A stretch of DNA of 61,529 bases from a virus (Duplodnaviria; Caudoviricetes). The notes beneath the pieces are model-generated. The model was not told the DNA's origin and did not search any database. It was given only the letters and a program-made list of their open reading frames with translations. Of this stretch, positions 45,799 to 56,585 are shown piece after piece (position 1 is the stretch's first letter; each line of letters opens with the position of its first letter). The stretch is from IMG/VR virus record IMGVR_UViG_3300030098_003632, positions 1 through 61,529 of that record. One strand, 5' to 3'. Both the position numbers and the translations under genes were made by a program.

Positions 45799-46188
45799 AT
45801 GAATAATCCCATTACCGAAGAAATGTATAACACATCTTTAGATTTTGATATGCCCAAAGTGTTGGAAGGCACCGCAGTTTTCTTTCACGCAGCCCACAAT
45901 ACTAACGAACCAAGACTAGCTTGGATCGTAAGAGTTTCCAGAACAGGACGTAATGTGATGTTGCGGACTGCAGATGGTAGAGTGTTTGAAGGTGTAAGGC
46001 ATGTCGATGACCCAAAACTTGAATGGAACAATGACCATAGAGAAAACGGGTCATGGGACTTTTCGGATGAATGGAAGCGATTGGAGAAAGAACGCCAAGA
46101 GCTTAAGTCTAGAATCGAAGCTCTTGAACATACGGCAGCTAAGACAGTCAGCCGTAGACGCAAGAAAAGCGAATCCACTACATCCTAA
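45799..46188 (+). CDS. Hypothetical protein
   Basis: AAGGAG SD; between TerL and portal. Confidence 0.65.
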   Translation: MNNPITEEMYNTSLDFDMPKVLEGTAVFFHAAHNTNEPRLAWIVRVSRTGRNVMLRTADGRVFEGVRHVDDPKLEWNNDHRENGSWDFSDEWKRLEKERQELKSRIEALEHTAAKTVSRRRKKSESTTS

Positions 46189-46212
46189 GATATACCCTCC
46201 AAAGGAATAACC

Positions 46213-48540
46213 ATGGAACAGCATAGTGAACAAAACCATCCATTCAGGCCTATAGTGTCTCAATGGATGGAGAAGATAAAGCGTGCTAAAGACCAGAAGC
46301 GTGAGCGTTTCGGGAAATACGCCAAAGAAGCTATGCAGTTCTTTGATGGCTCCCATGATTTCATGTGGAAGGGTGAATACGCAAAAGGTGATGAGGGCTT
46401 TCTTCAGAAGGGAGTCAAAGGAGCTCTCCCCACTTTTCGCATGACAGTCAATAGAGTGTTTGAGGCCGTTGCGTTATTTGGCCCTGTGCTTTATCACCGA
46501 AATCCAACAATCCAAGTTACACCCAAGGTTCTGCCCAAGATAGAACCAGCGATGCTTGGAGTAGATCCTCAAGATCAGCAAAGCGTGCAGCAGGCACAGC
46601 AAGTTATCTATCAGCAGGATCAGCAAGACTTCACTAAGCGTAACTACGCTAAACTTAAAGAGCATTATCTCAACTGGCTTCAGCAGGAAACCGACAAAAA
46701 AGAACAAGCACGAATGGCTATTAACGAGGCCATTATTAAAGGCATGTCTTTCTTGTGGACAGAGATGGTTCAGGCACAAGGTTCTGCAATACGAAAGCCT
46801 AGAAGCGTTTACGTTTCGGTTGATGATGTAGTCATCGACCCAGATGCCCAATACTGGGATGATGTACAGTGGATTGCTAGAAGGGTTGTCCAGCCTTTAT
46901 GGAAAGTAGAGAGGGAGTATGGCCTCGAAGATAGGATTCGCGGAAATAAATCCTCAGCCAACAAGCAAGCTGAGATAAAAGCAAAAAATAGAGAAGACTC
47001 TGAGTCGAAAAGAAAAGGAGAGTCTTACGATCTGATTGAATACTGGCAAGTTTATTCAAAGGGTGGATTTGGGAATCGGCTGCGAAAAGGCGGCATTACT
47101 AAAGACATCGAAGAGAACTTTGATTACGAACAGTTCGGGGATTTTTGTTATATCGCTGTTTGCGATGACTGCCCTTTTCCTTTGAACATGCCTCCCGAAG
47201 TGTTGACAGCAGATCCCGAAGAAATGTTCATGCGATCTCAATGGCCTATTCCATTCTGGACGGATGGTGGTTGGCCATTTAGCAAGCTGCACTTTTACGA
47301 AAAACCAAAAGAGGTCTGGCCTATTTCATTGATTAAACCTGCGATTGGGGAATTGCGGTTTGTGAACTGGTGTATGTCATTCCTTGCTGACAAGGTAGCA
47401 GCTGCTTCTACTACCTATGTAGCTATCGCTAAAGCGGCTGGAGCAGAGATCCAGGATCAGATCAAATCTGGCATGGGGCCATACACAGTAATCGAAATTA
47501 GCGAGATATTTGGACAGCGTGTATCAGATGTAGTTTCTTTTCTCGATGCACCTGCATTTAATGTAGACATCTGGAGAATGGTGTCTGAAGTATTAGACCT
47601 GATAGATAAGCGTACAGGGCTCACAGAACTCCTATACGGCCTTTCAGGAGGTACGCAGATACGTTCTGCCACAGAAGCTGATGTACGCAACCAGAACGTG
47701 TCAGTGCGTCCTGACGACATGGCAAGTAGAGTGGAAGACTGGCTTAGCCACTGTGCCATGAAAGAGATGGAAGCTGCTGAATGGTCATTAAGCGGACAGG
47801 ACGTTCAACCTATTCTTGGTGATGTCGGTGCGTTAATCTGGGAACAGCGAATACAGTCGCAAGAATTTGAGCGCACTGTAATGGATTTTGATTATAGGAT
47901 TGAAGCAGGATCTGCTCGTAAGCCTAACAAAACAAATCGTGTTCGTCAGCTAAATGAATTTGGCCAGATTGTAATGCCAATGCTACAGCAATTCGTCCAG
48001 ATGGGGATTGACCAGCCTTACAACTCATTTGTACGGGATTGGGCTAAGGCTAACGAGCTAGATGCTGAGCCTTACTTAATCAATATGGCTGAAATAAAAC
48101 AGCAGGAAGAACAAGCACAGCAAGGTAAACCTAATCCAGAAGAGCAAGCTCAGCAGATGCAGCAACAAATGCAACAGCAGCAGATGCAAATGGAACAGCA
48201 GAAAATGCAGATGGAGATGCAGGCTAAGCAAGCTGAACTTCAGATTAAACAGCAAGAAATGCAAATGAAGAAGGCTGAGTCTGAAGCAAAGCAAGAAGAA
48301 ATTCGGGCTAAGCAGCGACAGGGCGATGAGTCTGCTCGTATAGCTGCTACTAAATCCCAAATAGAAAGCCAGAAGATTCAGCTCGAACAGCAAATCCATA
48401 TCCAAGAAATGCGACAGGATTCAGAAAAGCACCAGCAGGAGATGGCTCAGGAAAGAGAGCGTCACCAAATGGAGCTTGAATTCATGAAAGCAAAGAGTGA
48501 AGCAGAAAGACGAAAGGCCCAACAGACCAATGACTCATAA
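46213..48540 (+). CDS. Portal protein with long Gln-rich C-terminal coiled coil
   Basis: 775 aa after TerL; IDKRTGLTELLYG, RSATEA; helical barrel-like tail as in P22-type portals. Confidence 0.8.
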   Translation: MEQHSEQNHPFRPIVSQWMEKIKRAKDQKRERFGKYAKEAMQFFDGSHDFMWKGEYAKGDEGFLQKGVKGALPTFRMTVNRVFEAVALFGPVLYHRNPTIQVTPKVLPKIEPAMLGVDPQDQQSVQQAQQVIYQQDQQDFTKRNYAKLKEHYLNWLQQETDKKEQARMAINEAIIKGMSFLWTEMVQAQGSAIRKPRSVYVSVDDVVIDPDAQYWDDVQWIARRVVQPLWKVEREYGLEDRIRGNKSSANKQAEIKAKNREDSESKRKGESYDLIEYWQVYSKGGFGNRLRKGGITKDIEENFDYEQFGDFCYIAVCDDCPFPLNMPPEVLTADPEEMFMRSQWPIPFWTDGGWPFSKLHFYEKPKEVWPISLIKPAIGELRFVNWCMSFLADKVAAASTTYVAIAKAAGAEIQDQIKSGMGPYTVIEISEIFGQRVSDVVSFLDAPAFNVDIWRMVSEVLDLIDKRTGLTELLYGLSGGTQIRSATEADVRNQNVSVRPDDMASRVEDWLSHCAMKEMEAAEWSLSGQDVQPILGDVGALIWEQRIQSQEFERTVMDFDYRIEAGSARKPNKTNRVRQLNEFGQIVMPMLQQFVQMGIDQPYNSFVRDWAKANELDAEPYLINMAEIKQQEEQAQQGKPNPEEQAQQMQQQMQQQQMQMEQQKMQMEMQAKQAELQIKQQEMQMKKAESEAKQEEIRAKQRQGDESARIAATKSQIESQKIQLEQQIHIQEMRQDSEKHQQEMAQERERHQMELEFMKAKSEAERRKAQQTNDS

Positions 48541-49084
48541 AGATTACGAACGGTATCGCAAGCAGTGTGAAGAAGCAGGTAGGGTAGATTTCTACGAACA
48601 TTTAATATCTGAAGGAAATAACCCTGGCTTTGCTGCTATGCTTGCAATGCAACGTCCTGCTGGAGCTAAAGGAACTGAACGAGCTTTCCTTGAAGGCCAG
48701 CAACATTGGGCGGATAGTCTTTCTCATAACTGTGCTGAAGCATTGCACAGAATTGCCAAAGAGTCTGGCATATCAACCCAAGGCAAAAAATACATCGGTG
48801 GACTAGGAAGGCCTAATGACCCAATGGCCTGGGTATCTACTCAAGATGATGTCCGTACAGCACTTAAAGCTAAAGGGCTTAGTGCTACAGGTGGTGTAAA
48901 TTACAAAGCGCCTGAGCGAGAATTTAAGAAGCGAAAACGAATGGCTGATGACCTCGTCCATGAGTACACCGCAAAAGAGCTTAAGAAAGATCCTAGCCTC
49001 GCAGAAGCTGTTAGAAAAAATCCCGAGAAACTAAAAGAGGTTAAAGAAAAAGTCATTAACAAACATACCAAAGGAAAGAAATAA
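48530..49084 (+). CDS. Hypothetical protein
   Basis: Likely ATG 48530 overlapping the portal end. Confidence 0.65.
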   Translation: MTHKDYERYRKQCEEAGRVDFYEHLISEGNNPGFAAMLAMQRPAGAKGTERAFLEGQQHWADSLSHNCAEALHRIAKESGISTQGKKYIGGLGRPNDPMAWVSTQDDVRTALKAKGLSATGGVNYKAPEREFKKRKRMADDLVHEYTAKELKKDPSLAEAVRKNPEKLKEVKEKVINKHTKGKK

Positions 49085-50847
49085 TGGTTAATCCAATCGG
49101 AATGCCTATCGGTGGCTCCCCTATGGGGCCACACGGAATGCCCCCGCAGCACCCCGCTATGCCCACTATTCCTATGGATGCCTTGCCTCCAGGTATGACT
49201 CCACAGGGAGCAATGCTTGCTCAGCCTTCAGGAATTATACAGCCTACGCCTAACGACATAATGATGGCTAAGATGGCGGCTACTCGTGCAAGACTGGATG
49301 AAATAAGACGACTTCAAGCTGAGGGGCGGGATCAGGCAATAAGGGAAGCAGGCATAGACCCTAATTATAATGAGTGGAATGATCCACGGCTTGCTGTTCC
49401 TAGCGACGCTGCTATAACCCCAGGCGGCTCTATTTATAGACCAAATGATTTCCCAACTGGCAATGTAAATATTGCCTATGGTCATCCCAGTACCACACTG
49501 AAGCCACATGAAAGAGAGTTCCTTGAAGGCAATATTGAAAACTTTGAGAACAATGTACCTGTAAATCCAAATACAGGCAGATTCCTTCCTGAGTACAAAG
49601 GGCCAACTAAAAAGTCCCGCAAAGAAAAAATCAGAAGAGATCAAGATGCCCGAGTGGAGGCTATGAAACAGGAAGAGTTAGAGCTGGGAGGCTTCTACCG
49701 CCCCGACATGATGGATCCTGATGGAACTATTGTTGAAGGAGAACTGGTAACTCAAGAAGTAAGAGACCGCCGAGGTAATGTAGTAGGCACTATTATTCCT
49801 ATAGAAGATAAACAAGGCCGTCCTAGATACATGATTGATGCTCCGGGAAGCGATTATAACGGAGTAACGTATTCACCAGCCACGCATACATGGGACGGAA
49901 CAAAGATTCGTAAGTTAACAGCAAGGGAAAAAAGAGGCGGCAAGGGAGAAGCCGCACTCCAAACAGTCGAAGGCGAAATGGCCTTACATGACGACATACA
50001 GGGTTTCGGAGATAAGCAGCCTCTAGGTCGTCCTCAATCTGGGCAAGGGATTATGGAAGAAGCCTTTGCTGAACAATTTCATGAAGATGTAACTAAGCCT
50101 ATTCTTAATATACCAGCCGCAGCAGGAGGAGTAATCGAGGATCTATTTGGTTCTAATGTGGGTGCTCGCGGATGGATGACACCAGAAGAGCAAGCAGCAA
50201 GGCCTGCAAAGGAAGGTCTTATCAGGAACCTGCTTAATCAAGGCGCTGGTGCACTTACCCACATAACCAATGAATATTTACCGCCATTGCAAGACGCATA
50301 CAATAAAGTCAGAGGGTTCAACGAAGCTCAGCAAGAAAGAGAACGTAAGATTGCTGAAATGCGAGAACTCGAAGCAATTCGCCAAGGTAAGATCAGGGAT
50401 CAAAATAATCCTGTCCGTCAAGCTGAGGAAGAAACCCTTAATCGCCGAAGAGGTCTCTTAGATCAGTTAGAGGCTGCAGCACCGTCTGCACCTCAGTATG
50501 ATCCCACTTCACCTCCTGCTCCCGGTTCTGACATCTTAACCTATGAAGAAGCTGTTAAAAGAAAGGCTGACCAAATAGTTGCAGACCTAGAAGAGAGGCG
50601 CCGAGAAAAAGCAGAGGCAGGTGAGTGGGGGCCTCCACAATTAGATAGTCCTGCCTATGACCCAGAAACCGGCGGTGTTCGTGGCTGGGAAGAACTGCAG
50701 AGTGAAGATCCAAGAAGGTTTGTTGCTATCTTGAAGATGCTAGATGAATATTCTAGAGCGACTGGGAAGAAGATTGATGTTAGATCTATGTCTAGAGATC
50801 AAATCCTGAAGTTAGTAAAAGATATAAATAGACAAAATTGGAGATGA
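49084..50847 (+). CDS. Hypothetical virion protein with Pro/Met-rich N-terminus
   Basis: 587 aa; TAATG coupling. Confidence 0.65.
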   Translation: MVNPIGMPIGGSPMGPHGMPPQHPAMPTIPMDALPPGMTPQGAMLAQPSGIIQPTPNDIMMAKMAATRARLDEIRRLQAEGRDQAIREAGIDPNYNEWNDPRLAVPSDAAITPGGSIYRPNDFPTGNVNIAYGHPSTTLKPHEREFLEGNIENFENNVPVNPNTGRFLPEYKGPTKKSRKEKIRRDQDARVEAMKQEELELGGFYRPDMMDPDGTIVEGELVTQEVRDRRGNVVGTIIPIEDKQGRPRYMIDAPGSDYNGVTYSPATHTWDGTKIRKLTAREKRGGKGEAALQTVEGEMALHDDIQGFGDKQPLGRPQSGQGIMEEAFAEQFHEDVTKPILNIPAAAGGVIEDLFGSNVGARGWMTPEEQAARPAKEGLIRNLLNQGAGALTHITNEYLPPLQDAYNKVRGFNEAQQERERKIAEMRELEAIRQGKIRDQNNPVRQAEEETLNRRRGLLDQLEAAAPSAPQYDPTSPPAPGSDILTYEEAVKRKADQIVADLEERRREKAEAGEWGPPQLDSPAYDPETGGVRGWEELQSEDPRRFVAILKMLDEYSRATGKKIDVRSMSRDQILKLVKDINRQNWR

Positions 50848-50850
50848 TAA

Positions 50851-52014
50851 ATGTCATCAGTATCAGAAACAGTCTTAACCTATGAAGATATACTGCACTA
50901 CATGACATCCCTTTTGGATGGTGGTGCTAGAACAAAAGATCTTCGTATGCACAAAGAAGTCATACAGGGATCTTATCGTGATATTTCCATGGGTAATGAG
51001 TGGCAATACTATATGGATGAAGGCCGTATAGATATGACTACTGGCTACAAGGAAAGCACAGTAACATACAATGCTACCTCTAAGGCACTGACACTAACTG
51101 ATGGAAGCAAGTCGTGGCCTACTTGGGCCAAGTATGGCCGACTCAAGATAGGCGATGACATTTACAATGTGAAAAGCAGGGATAGTAATACTGTCCTGAC
51201 CTTAGGCGACCTAGCACCTACTGGAGATCTATCTGCGACTAGCTATGAGCTGGTTAGGAGCATTTACCAGCTCCCAGATGATCTATGGAGGCTTTATGAT
51301 GTCGCCGTCATGGAAAGCAACTGGCTCACTTATTACATTACCCCTACTGAATGGCAGCAGCGAGAGTCATATCTTAGCGGTTCCGGTCAGCCATGGGCAT
51401 GGACGATCATGAAAGATCCCCATGAGATGAATAGGTGGTCTTTGTGGGTAGACCCAAGCCCTGATACCTCTGAGCCTCTGATGTTTGTGTATAGAAGAAA
51501 GCCTAGAACTCTTCGTTGGGCAGGAACGGAGACAAAAGCAAGAACTTACACAGCATCAGGCTCTAGTGGTAACACTACTCTAACCACCTCAACTGCTCTC
51601 CCGTCTTCCATGGTTGGTTCTGTTATACGGTTGACTTCCGATGGCACTTTAGCCACTGGCCTCTCAGGAAATAACCCTTATACCGAACAGCACGAAATTA
51701 TTGGCCTCTCTGGTACAACTGTCACGCTTTCTGGGGCATTAGTTGATAATCATTCGTCATCAAAAATAATTATCTCTGACCCGATTGATATGTCAGACAC
51801 GATGCTCGAAGCGTTTAAGGCTCAGATTGAGTACCGGATGGCTAGATTCTCCAATGACCAGAGAGGTACTGTTCAGGCTAGAAAGGTTGCAGACTTAGAA
51901 TTGCGTAGAGCCTTGGAATCTGAGTCAAGAATTGGTAGTGCTATAGGCTCTCGGTACTCTCGCTACGACTATTTGTTTACACACCTGGATGGTCATATAA
52001 CAACGAGCAGCTAG
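50851..52014 (+). CDS. Head-tail adaptor / tail tubular protein A-like
   Basis: YQLPDDLWRL...WVDPSPD...YRRKP pattern; position before the nozzle gene. Confidence 0.6.
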   Translation: MSSVSETVLTYEDILHYMTSLLDGGARTKDLRMHKEVIQGSYRDISMGNEWQYYMDEGRIDMTTGYKESTVTYNATSKALTLTDGSKSWPTWAKYGRLKIGDDIYNVKSRDSNTVLTLGDLAPTGDLSATSYELVRSIYQLPDDLWRLYDVAVMESNWLTYYITPTEWQQRESYLSGSGQPWAWTIMKDPHEMNRWSLWVDPSPDTSEPLMFVYRRKPRTLRWAGTETKARTYTASGSSGNTTLTTSTALPSSMVGSVIRLTSDGTLATGLSGNNPYTEQHEIIGLSGTTVTLSGALVDNHSSSKIIISDPIDMSDTMLEAFKAQIEYRMARFSNDQRGTVQARKVADLELRRALESESRIGSAIGSRYSRYDYLFTHLDGHITTSS

Positions 52015-52015
52015 A

Positions 52016-54724
52016 ATGGCAAAAATATCTAACTTCAAAGGACTAATAACTGACGCTGACCCTGCAGATGTACCTGCAGGTGCATCTAAAGAGCAGGAGA
52101 ACGTGGTAACGTCAGTCCTTGGGGAGCTAAGCCCTCGCAAGGGGATTCAGCCTGCAACATTCTCAACAACCACTCAAATAAAAACAGGGTATAACACGTT
52201 CCAGAAAATGTGCTTTTGCAAGACTCGCAAAGGTGAGATCATTGGCGTGAACGGTCTTAATAGGGGATTTATTTGGGATGGAGTGTCTAGTACGGCGTTA
52301 GACTTAGGTATTAAACCTCCAACAACTACCCCAACTATCACAAGGGCATCCATTACTCTTATATCGGGAGTAGTTAATAGCGGAAGTAATGAGTACCGTG
52401 TAACCACAGGAACAGCACATGGCTTTACTACTGGAGATTATGTTCTTATTGGGAACATAACTTCTACAGGGGCAATGGCTGGAGACCTGAATGGGAAGAA
52501 ACACAAGGTTACAGTTACCAGTACAACACAATTTGATGTAGATGATTTAACCTTTAACGGTTCTTACGCGGGTGGGGGTGCTTGCTCAAAGGACGGTCTC
52601 GGGACTACTAAAGGCGATTACCTATGTGCCTATCGTTACGTTGATAATCAATCGACTCCGGTTTACAGTAGCTTAACTACTGGAACGAAGGTCGAAGCAT
52701 TAACTTCGGATCAGTTAACGTGGGGTGCGTTAGATACTTCGCCAGAGTCCCGAGTGGATATGATTGAGCTTTGGAGAACTACAGCTGGTGTTACTAATGT
52801 TTATTTTAAGATCGCCACATTTGCTATCAACGGAAACATCACAAGCTCCGCTGACGATGGCGGAAAAATAAAATTCACAGTTCCTGAGGGTCACAATGCT
52901 GTTGTTGGCCAGAAGATGACTGTTACCGGAAGTTCGGTGGCTGCAGACAATGCGACACACGAAGTTACTGCGGTAACGGCAACCACAATAACTACAGCTA
53001 CAAGCTCTACCGGAGGAGGTCACTCAGGATCAGGTGGTTCTTGGGGTTATAACGGATATGTGGACAACGTAGATGATGACACATTAAACCTTTCAGAGGG
53101 AGAGAATATACTCTTAGTTGTCGTCAATCCCCCTATGGACAATACTATCGTAGCTCGTAGGTTTGTTCCTCCGCCAGATGACATGGCTTACTGTGTTATG
53201 TTCCAGGATAGATATTTTTATTTTGGGATCGTCAAATACGACAAAGGCACAATCCATAATGCCGGCTCAGACGGTAAAACACTGACAGGCATTGGTACGG
53301 ATTGGACTGAGGAAATGGTAGGGCGTTATGTAGAGGTAGCCAACACCAACAAAGCAGTTAAAATAACCGCTTTTACCAGTGCCACAAGTATTGATATTGA
53401 AACACCCCTTGGTGCTGCAATAGCGGCAGATGCTGGCAGAACTTATATCATTGCTCCCGAGAAATCCAGGAGGAGAATATTATATTATTCTTACCAGGAC
53501 GAACCTGAGAGTGTTCCCGACAGCAACGCAATCATTGTGCAGGAAAATTCAGGCGATGACGACGACATTATAGGTGCAATGCCCTTCGGCCCATACCTTT
53601 ACCTGTTTTCCCAAAGACACAAGTACGCATTAAGTTATAGCCAAGATCCGATTAAAGATGGTTCTATCCGATACTTGGATGACAGAGGGGCGTGCAACAA
53701 TAATTGTTGGGATTATTATTCAAACGAAGCCTATTTAATGGATGAATCCGGCTGTTACCGCTTTAGTGGTTCGGAATCTACTAGCATTACAGATACGATA
53801 CAAAATCTTTTTAGACCTGGCAGTTCAGGAGATAAGATAGACTTTACTAAATCTTCCAATTTTATAGTTAAATGTGACAGAACTAGAGAAAAGGTCTATT
53901 TCTTCGTATCTTTCGTTGGTGATAGCGGGAGCTTTCCAACAAGAGCTTTGGTTTACAATATTAACCGAGAATCTTTCGATCCAATGAAGTATCCGGTGCA
54001 GATTACAGACGCATCTTCAATCGAAAAGGATGGCCAAACAAGGCTTGTTCTTAGCTCTGAAAATGAAAAGATATACCTCACGGATGAGGGATCTATGGAT
54101 GTTGTTTCTACAGAAATTTCAGGGACTGCTACTTCATCAACGTCAACTACCTTGGTAGATACTTCTAAGACGTTCACTTCCGCTGTAATTGGTGCTTTTG
54201 TGTACATTACAGGGGGTAAAGGTAAAGGGCAGTACAGAACTATAACAAGTGCGTCCTCTAATACCATTGGAGTAGCGGCATGGACTACCAATCCAGACAC
54301 AACAAGCACCTATTCAGTAGGCGCAATCCCTTGGAGACTTAAGACTGGAACATTTACGTTCAATGAGTCCGAAGAAAGGGAGGATAGGGAGCTTATTGTT
54401 AAGTTTGAGCCTCTCGATGGCGAATTGGACATGGACATGAGGTTTTACTACAACAATGACGATTCGCCTAATCAGTTTGAAATCGCCCAACACCTAGGAG
54501 ATGGCATTGAAATCGAATATGACAACAGAGAAGACGTTGTTGTACATATGAATAAAAATAACAGTGCCCTCCAGGAGTCTACTGGCAAGGAAAGATTTAA
54601 TTTTGATGGAATGTCTTCGCTAATGGCATATGCAGACCATCAGGTTGCAGTAGAAATACGAGGACATTCGGCTACATATACCCCAATCATTCAATCTCTC
54701 GAAATTACGGGGGTTGAGGATTAA
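52016..54724 (+). CDS. Tail tubular protein B / nozzle with inserted beta-domains
   Basis: N-terminal NFKGLITD...ENV; beta-propeller-like repeats; FQDRYFY; inserted TAHGFTTGDYV-type domains. Confidence 0.65.
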   Translation: MAKISNFKGLITDADPADVPAGASKEQENVVTSVLGELSPRKGIQPATFSTTTQIKTGYNTFQKMCFCKTRKGEIIGVNGLNRGFIWDGVSSTALDLGIKPPTTTPTITRASITLISGVVNSGSNEYRVTTGTAHGFTTGDYVLIGNITSTGAMAGDLNGKKHKVTVTSTTQFDVDDLTFNGSYAGGGACSKDGLGTTKGDYLCAYRYVDNQSTPVYSSLTTGTKVEALTSDQLTWGALDTSPESRVDMIELWRTTAGVTNVYFKIATFAINGNITSSADDGGKIKFTVPEGHNAVVGQKMTVTGSSVAADNATHEVTAVTATTITTATSSTGGGHSGSGGSWGYNGYVDNVDDDTLNLSEGENILLVVVNPPMDNTIVARRFVPPPDDMAYCVMFQDRYFYFGIVKYDKGTIHNAGSDGKTLTGIGTDWTEEMVGRYVEVANTNKAVKITAFTSATSIDIETPLGAAIAADAGRTYIIAPEKSRRRILYYSYQDEPESVPDSNAIIVQENSGDDDDIIGAMPFGPYLYLFSQRHKYALSYSQDPIKDGSIRYLDDRGACNNNCWDYYSNEAYLMDESGCYRFSGSESTSITDTIQNLFRPGSSGDKIDFTKSSNFIVKCDRTREKVYFFVSFVGDSGSFPTRALVYNINRESFDPMKYPVQITDASSIEKDGQTRLVLSSENEKIYLTDEGSMDVVSTEISGTATSSTSTTLVDTSKTFTSAVIGAFVYITGGKGKGQYRTITSASSNTIGVAAWTTNPDTTSTYSVGAIPWRLKTGTFTFNESEEREDRELIVKFEPLDGELDMDMRFYYNNDDSPNQFEIAQHLGDGIEIEYDNREDVVVHMNKNNSALQESTGKERFNFDGMSSLMAYADHQVAVEIRGHSATYTPIIQSLEITGVED

Positions 54725-55584
54725 TGTACAGTAAACACGCCGTACAGTTTGATCGCCTTATCGAAGAAGGGATGCCTATATCTCAAGTACACGTTCTAAA
54801 GAGCATTTTAACTAACCCAGATGTGGATTTAGAGCACAATGGGACAGTTAAAATTACAGGGACTCTAGAGGGAACGCACATAAGGGCAGCTAAGTGGGCA
54901 AAATGCGAGACAAATTGGGAATATGATAGCATTCCTCCCAGCCAAGGCGGTGGAACAGCATATGTTTACGCTAAAGATTGCGATGGCCCCTCTGGAGCTA
55001 ATGTCACCGGGGACTTAAAGAAAATATTTTTACCTGTAGCACCTTCCCAGGATCCAAATGTTGTAGCAGGAGATGTTATTACTTACAGCCCTGCCGACGG
55101 CGACCATTACATCGCTTCTGGGTACGGTGATTTCATGATAGGAACCGTCATTAATAGCACTCGAATAGAGAACGCCCTTTCAGGCTGGGGTCTTGTCAAC
55201 GGAACTGATAATACAGTTGCAAAAGGCGGCTCTGGTATAGACGGAAGAGACAAGTTTTTGCGACAATGGAATTCAAGCAGTGATGCCGGAAATTCTGGTG
55301 GTTCAGCCTCCAGCAACCTAACAATAGAAGGCACAATCACAGCTAATGGCATTGGAAATCACAGCCACACTTTAAGTGAAACAACCATTGGTACAGGCAG
55401 CGAAAGTACAGTTACTGTTATTACCGGAACTCCAACAGGAGATTCGGGTGTAGATTTAGGAACGATTAGCGTGAACTTTACAGGCGCTTCTGGAAGTGGA
55501 AGTCCTTCAGCGGCTACAGTTCCTCCCTATGTTTATGTAGCCACATACGAAAGACTAGATAACTCAAAGAATAAGGTAGGTTAG
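54724..55584 (+). CDS. Putative tail needle/short fibre protein
   Basis: GWGLVNG...DGRDKF...HSHT...VPPYVYVATYER resembles a tail-collar/fibre tip. Confidence 0.55.
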   Translation: MYSKHAVQFDRLIEEGMPISQVHVLKSILTNPDVDLEHNGTVKITGTLEGTHIRAAKWAKCETNWEYDSIPPSQGGGTAYVYAKDCDGPSGANVTGDLKKIFLPVAPSQDPNVVAGDVITYSPADGDHYIASGYGDFMIGTVINSTRIENALSGWGLVNGTDNTVAKGGSGIDGRDKFLRQWNSSSDAGNSGGSASSNLTIEGTITANGIGNHSHTLSETTIGTGSESTVTVITGTPTGDSGVDLGTISVNFTGASGSGSPSAATVPPYVYVATYERLDNSKNKVG

Positions 55585-55585
55585 T

Positions 55586-56575
55586 ATGTCAATCAATCCT
55601 CAGCAAGTAGACCAAATGCGACAAGAGGCGGCTATGTTTGGCATGACGCTGGAAGAGTACCAGCAGTTCATGGCAAATCAGCTAAACATGCAAAATGCCC
55701 AGCAGCAGCAAAACGATCGCTGGATCCAAGGTGGGCCCGGCGGTGGCGGCATGAACTACTGGGACTACATGCGGTATTTGCAGCAACTTCAGGGAATGAA
55801 TCCATTTGGCAATCTTTACGCCGACTGGATGTGGCAAGGCTTCAATAAAATGGGCGGCCTTGCGGATTGGGTGATGGCACGGATGCGCCAGAACTACGAC
55901 GATAACTGGAACCGAATGCGTTACAATGATGAATTCAACCGGCAAAGCGCCTGGATGGATCGTTGGTTTGATATTTACGACAATAGACGGAAAGACTGGA
56001 AAGAGGTCATGGGTCAAATGATGGGCCCCGATGGCATGTTCGGCCAGATGGCTGATGTCTTTGGAGGCGCAATGGGTGGCCTAGGGCAAGCCTTGGGAGG
56101 ACTGATACCAAAAGTGCAGAATGTAGATGGCACACAGTCAACTCAAGATATAAGCGATGTGGCTGCTCTTCAAACGGGAGTAGGCAATTTCCGTCCAATT
56201 CGAGATCCGCACATTAACCGAGTGTTGGCCAATCGAGTTAACCAAGCAGGAGCAGGTGGAGATATTGGCAATGCCCTTGTTCAAAGAGGCAGGTCTCAAT
56301 GGACTCCTCAAGGAACCAAGTTAGGGAACGAACTTCTGCAACGACATACTGCAGGTCAGGCTAACGCATTAAATACTCAGCGAGATACGCTGCTCAAGTC
56401 TTACGGAGATCGCTTTAACAATGTTGTCAAAGATGCCGATATTAATCGCAGAATTAAGAACGCTGAGGATAGATTAAGAAATAACGCAGTAGGTATATAC
56501 TCTTCTATTGGTTCGCAACTCATGGACAATTTAGGTGGTCTATTCCCTGAAATGCCCTCAATGCCAAACATATAA
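55586..56575 (+). CDS. Gln/Asn/Met/Gly-rich putative ejection protein
   Basis: 329 aa, low complexity, after the tail genes. Confidence 0.6.
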   Translation: MSINPQQVDQMRQEAAMFGMTLEEYQQFMANQLNMQNAQQQQNDRWIQGGPGGGGMNYWDYMRYLQQLQGMNPFGNLYADWMWQGFNKMGGLADWVMARMRQNYDDNWNRMRYNDEFNRQSAWMDRWFDIYDNRRKDWKEVMGQMMGPDGMFGQMADVFGGAMGGLGQALGGLIPKVQNVDGTQSTQDISDVAALQTGVGNFRPIRDPHINRVLANRVNQAGAGGDIGNALVQRGRSQWTPQGTKLGNELLQRHTAGQANALNTQRDTLLKSYGDRFNNVVKDADINRRIKNAEDRLRNNAVGIYSSIGSQLMDNLGGLFPEMPSMPNI

Positions 56576-56585
56576 GGAATAAGAA

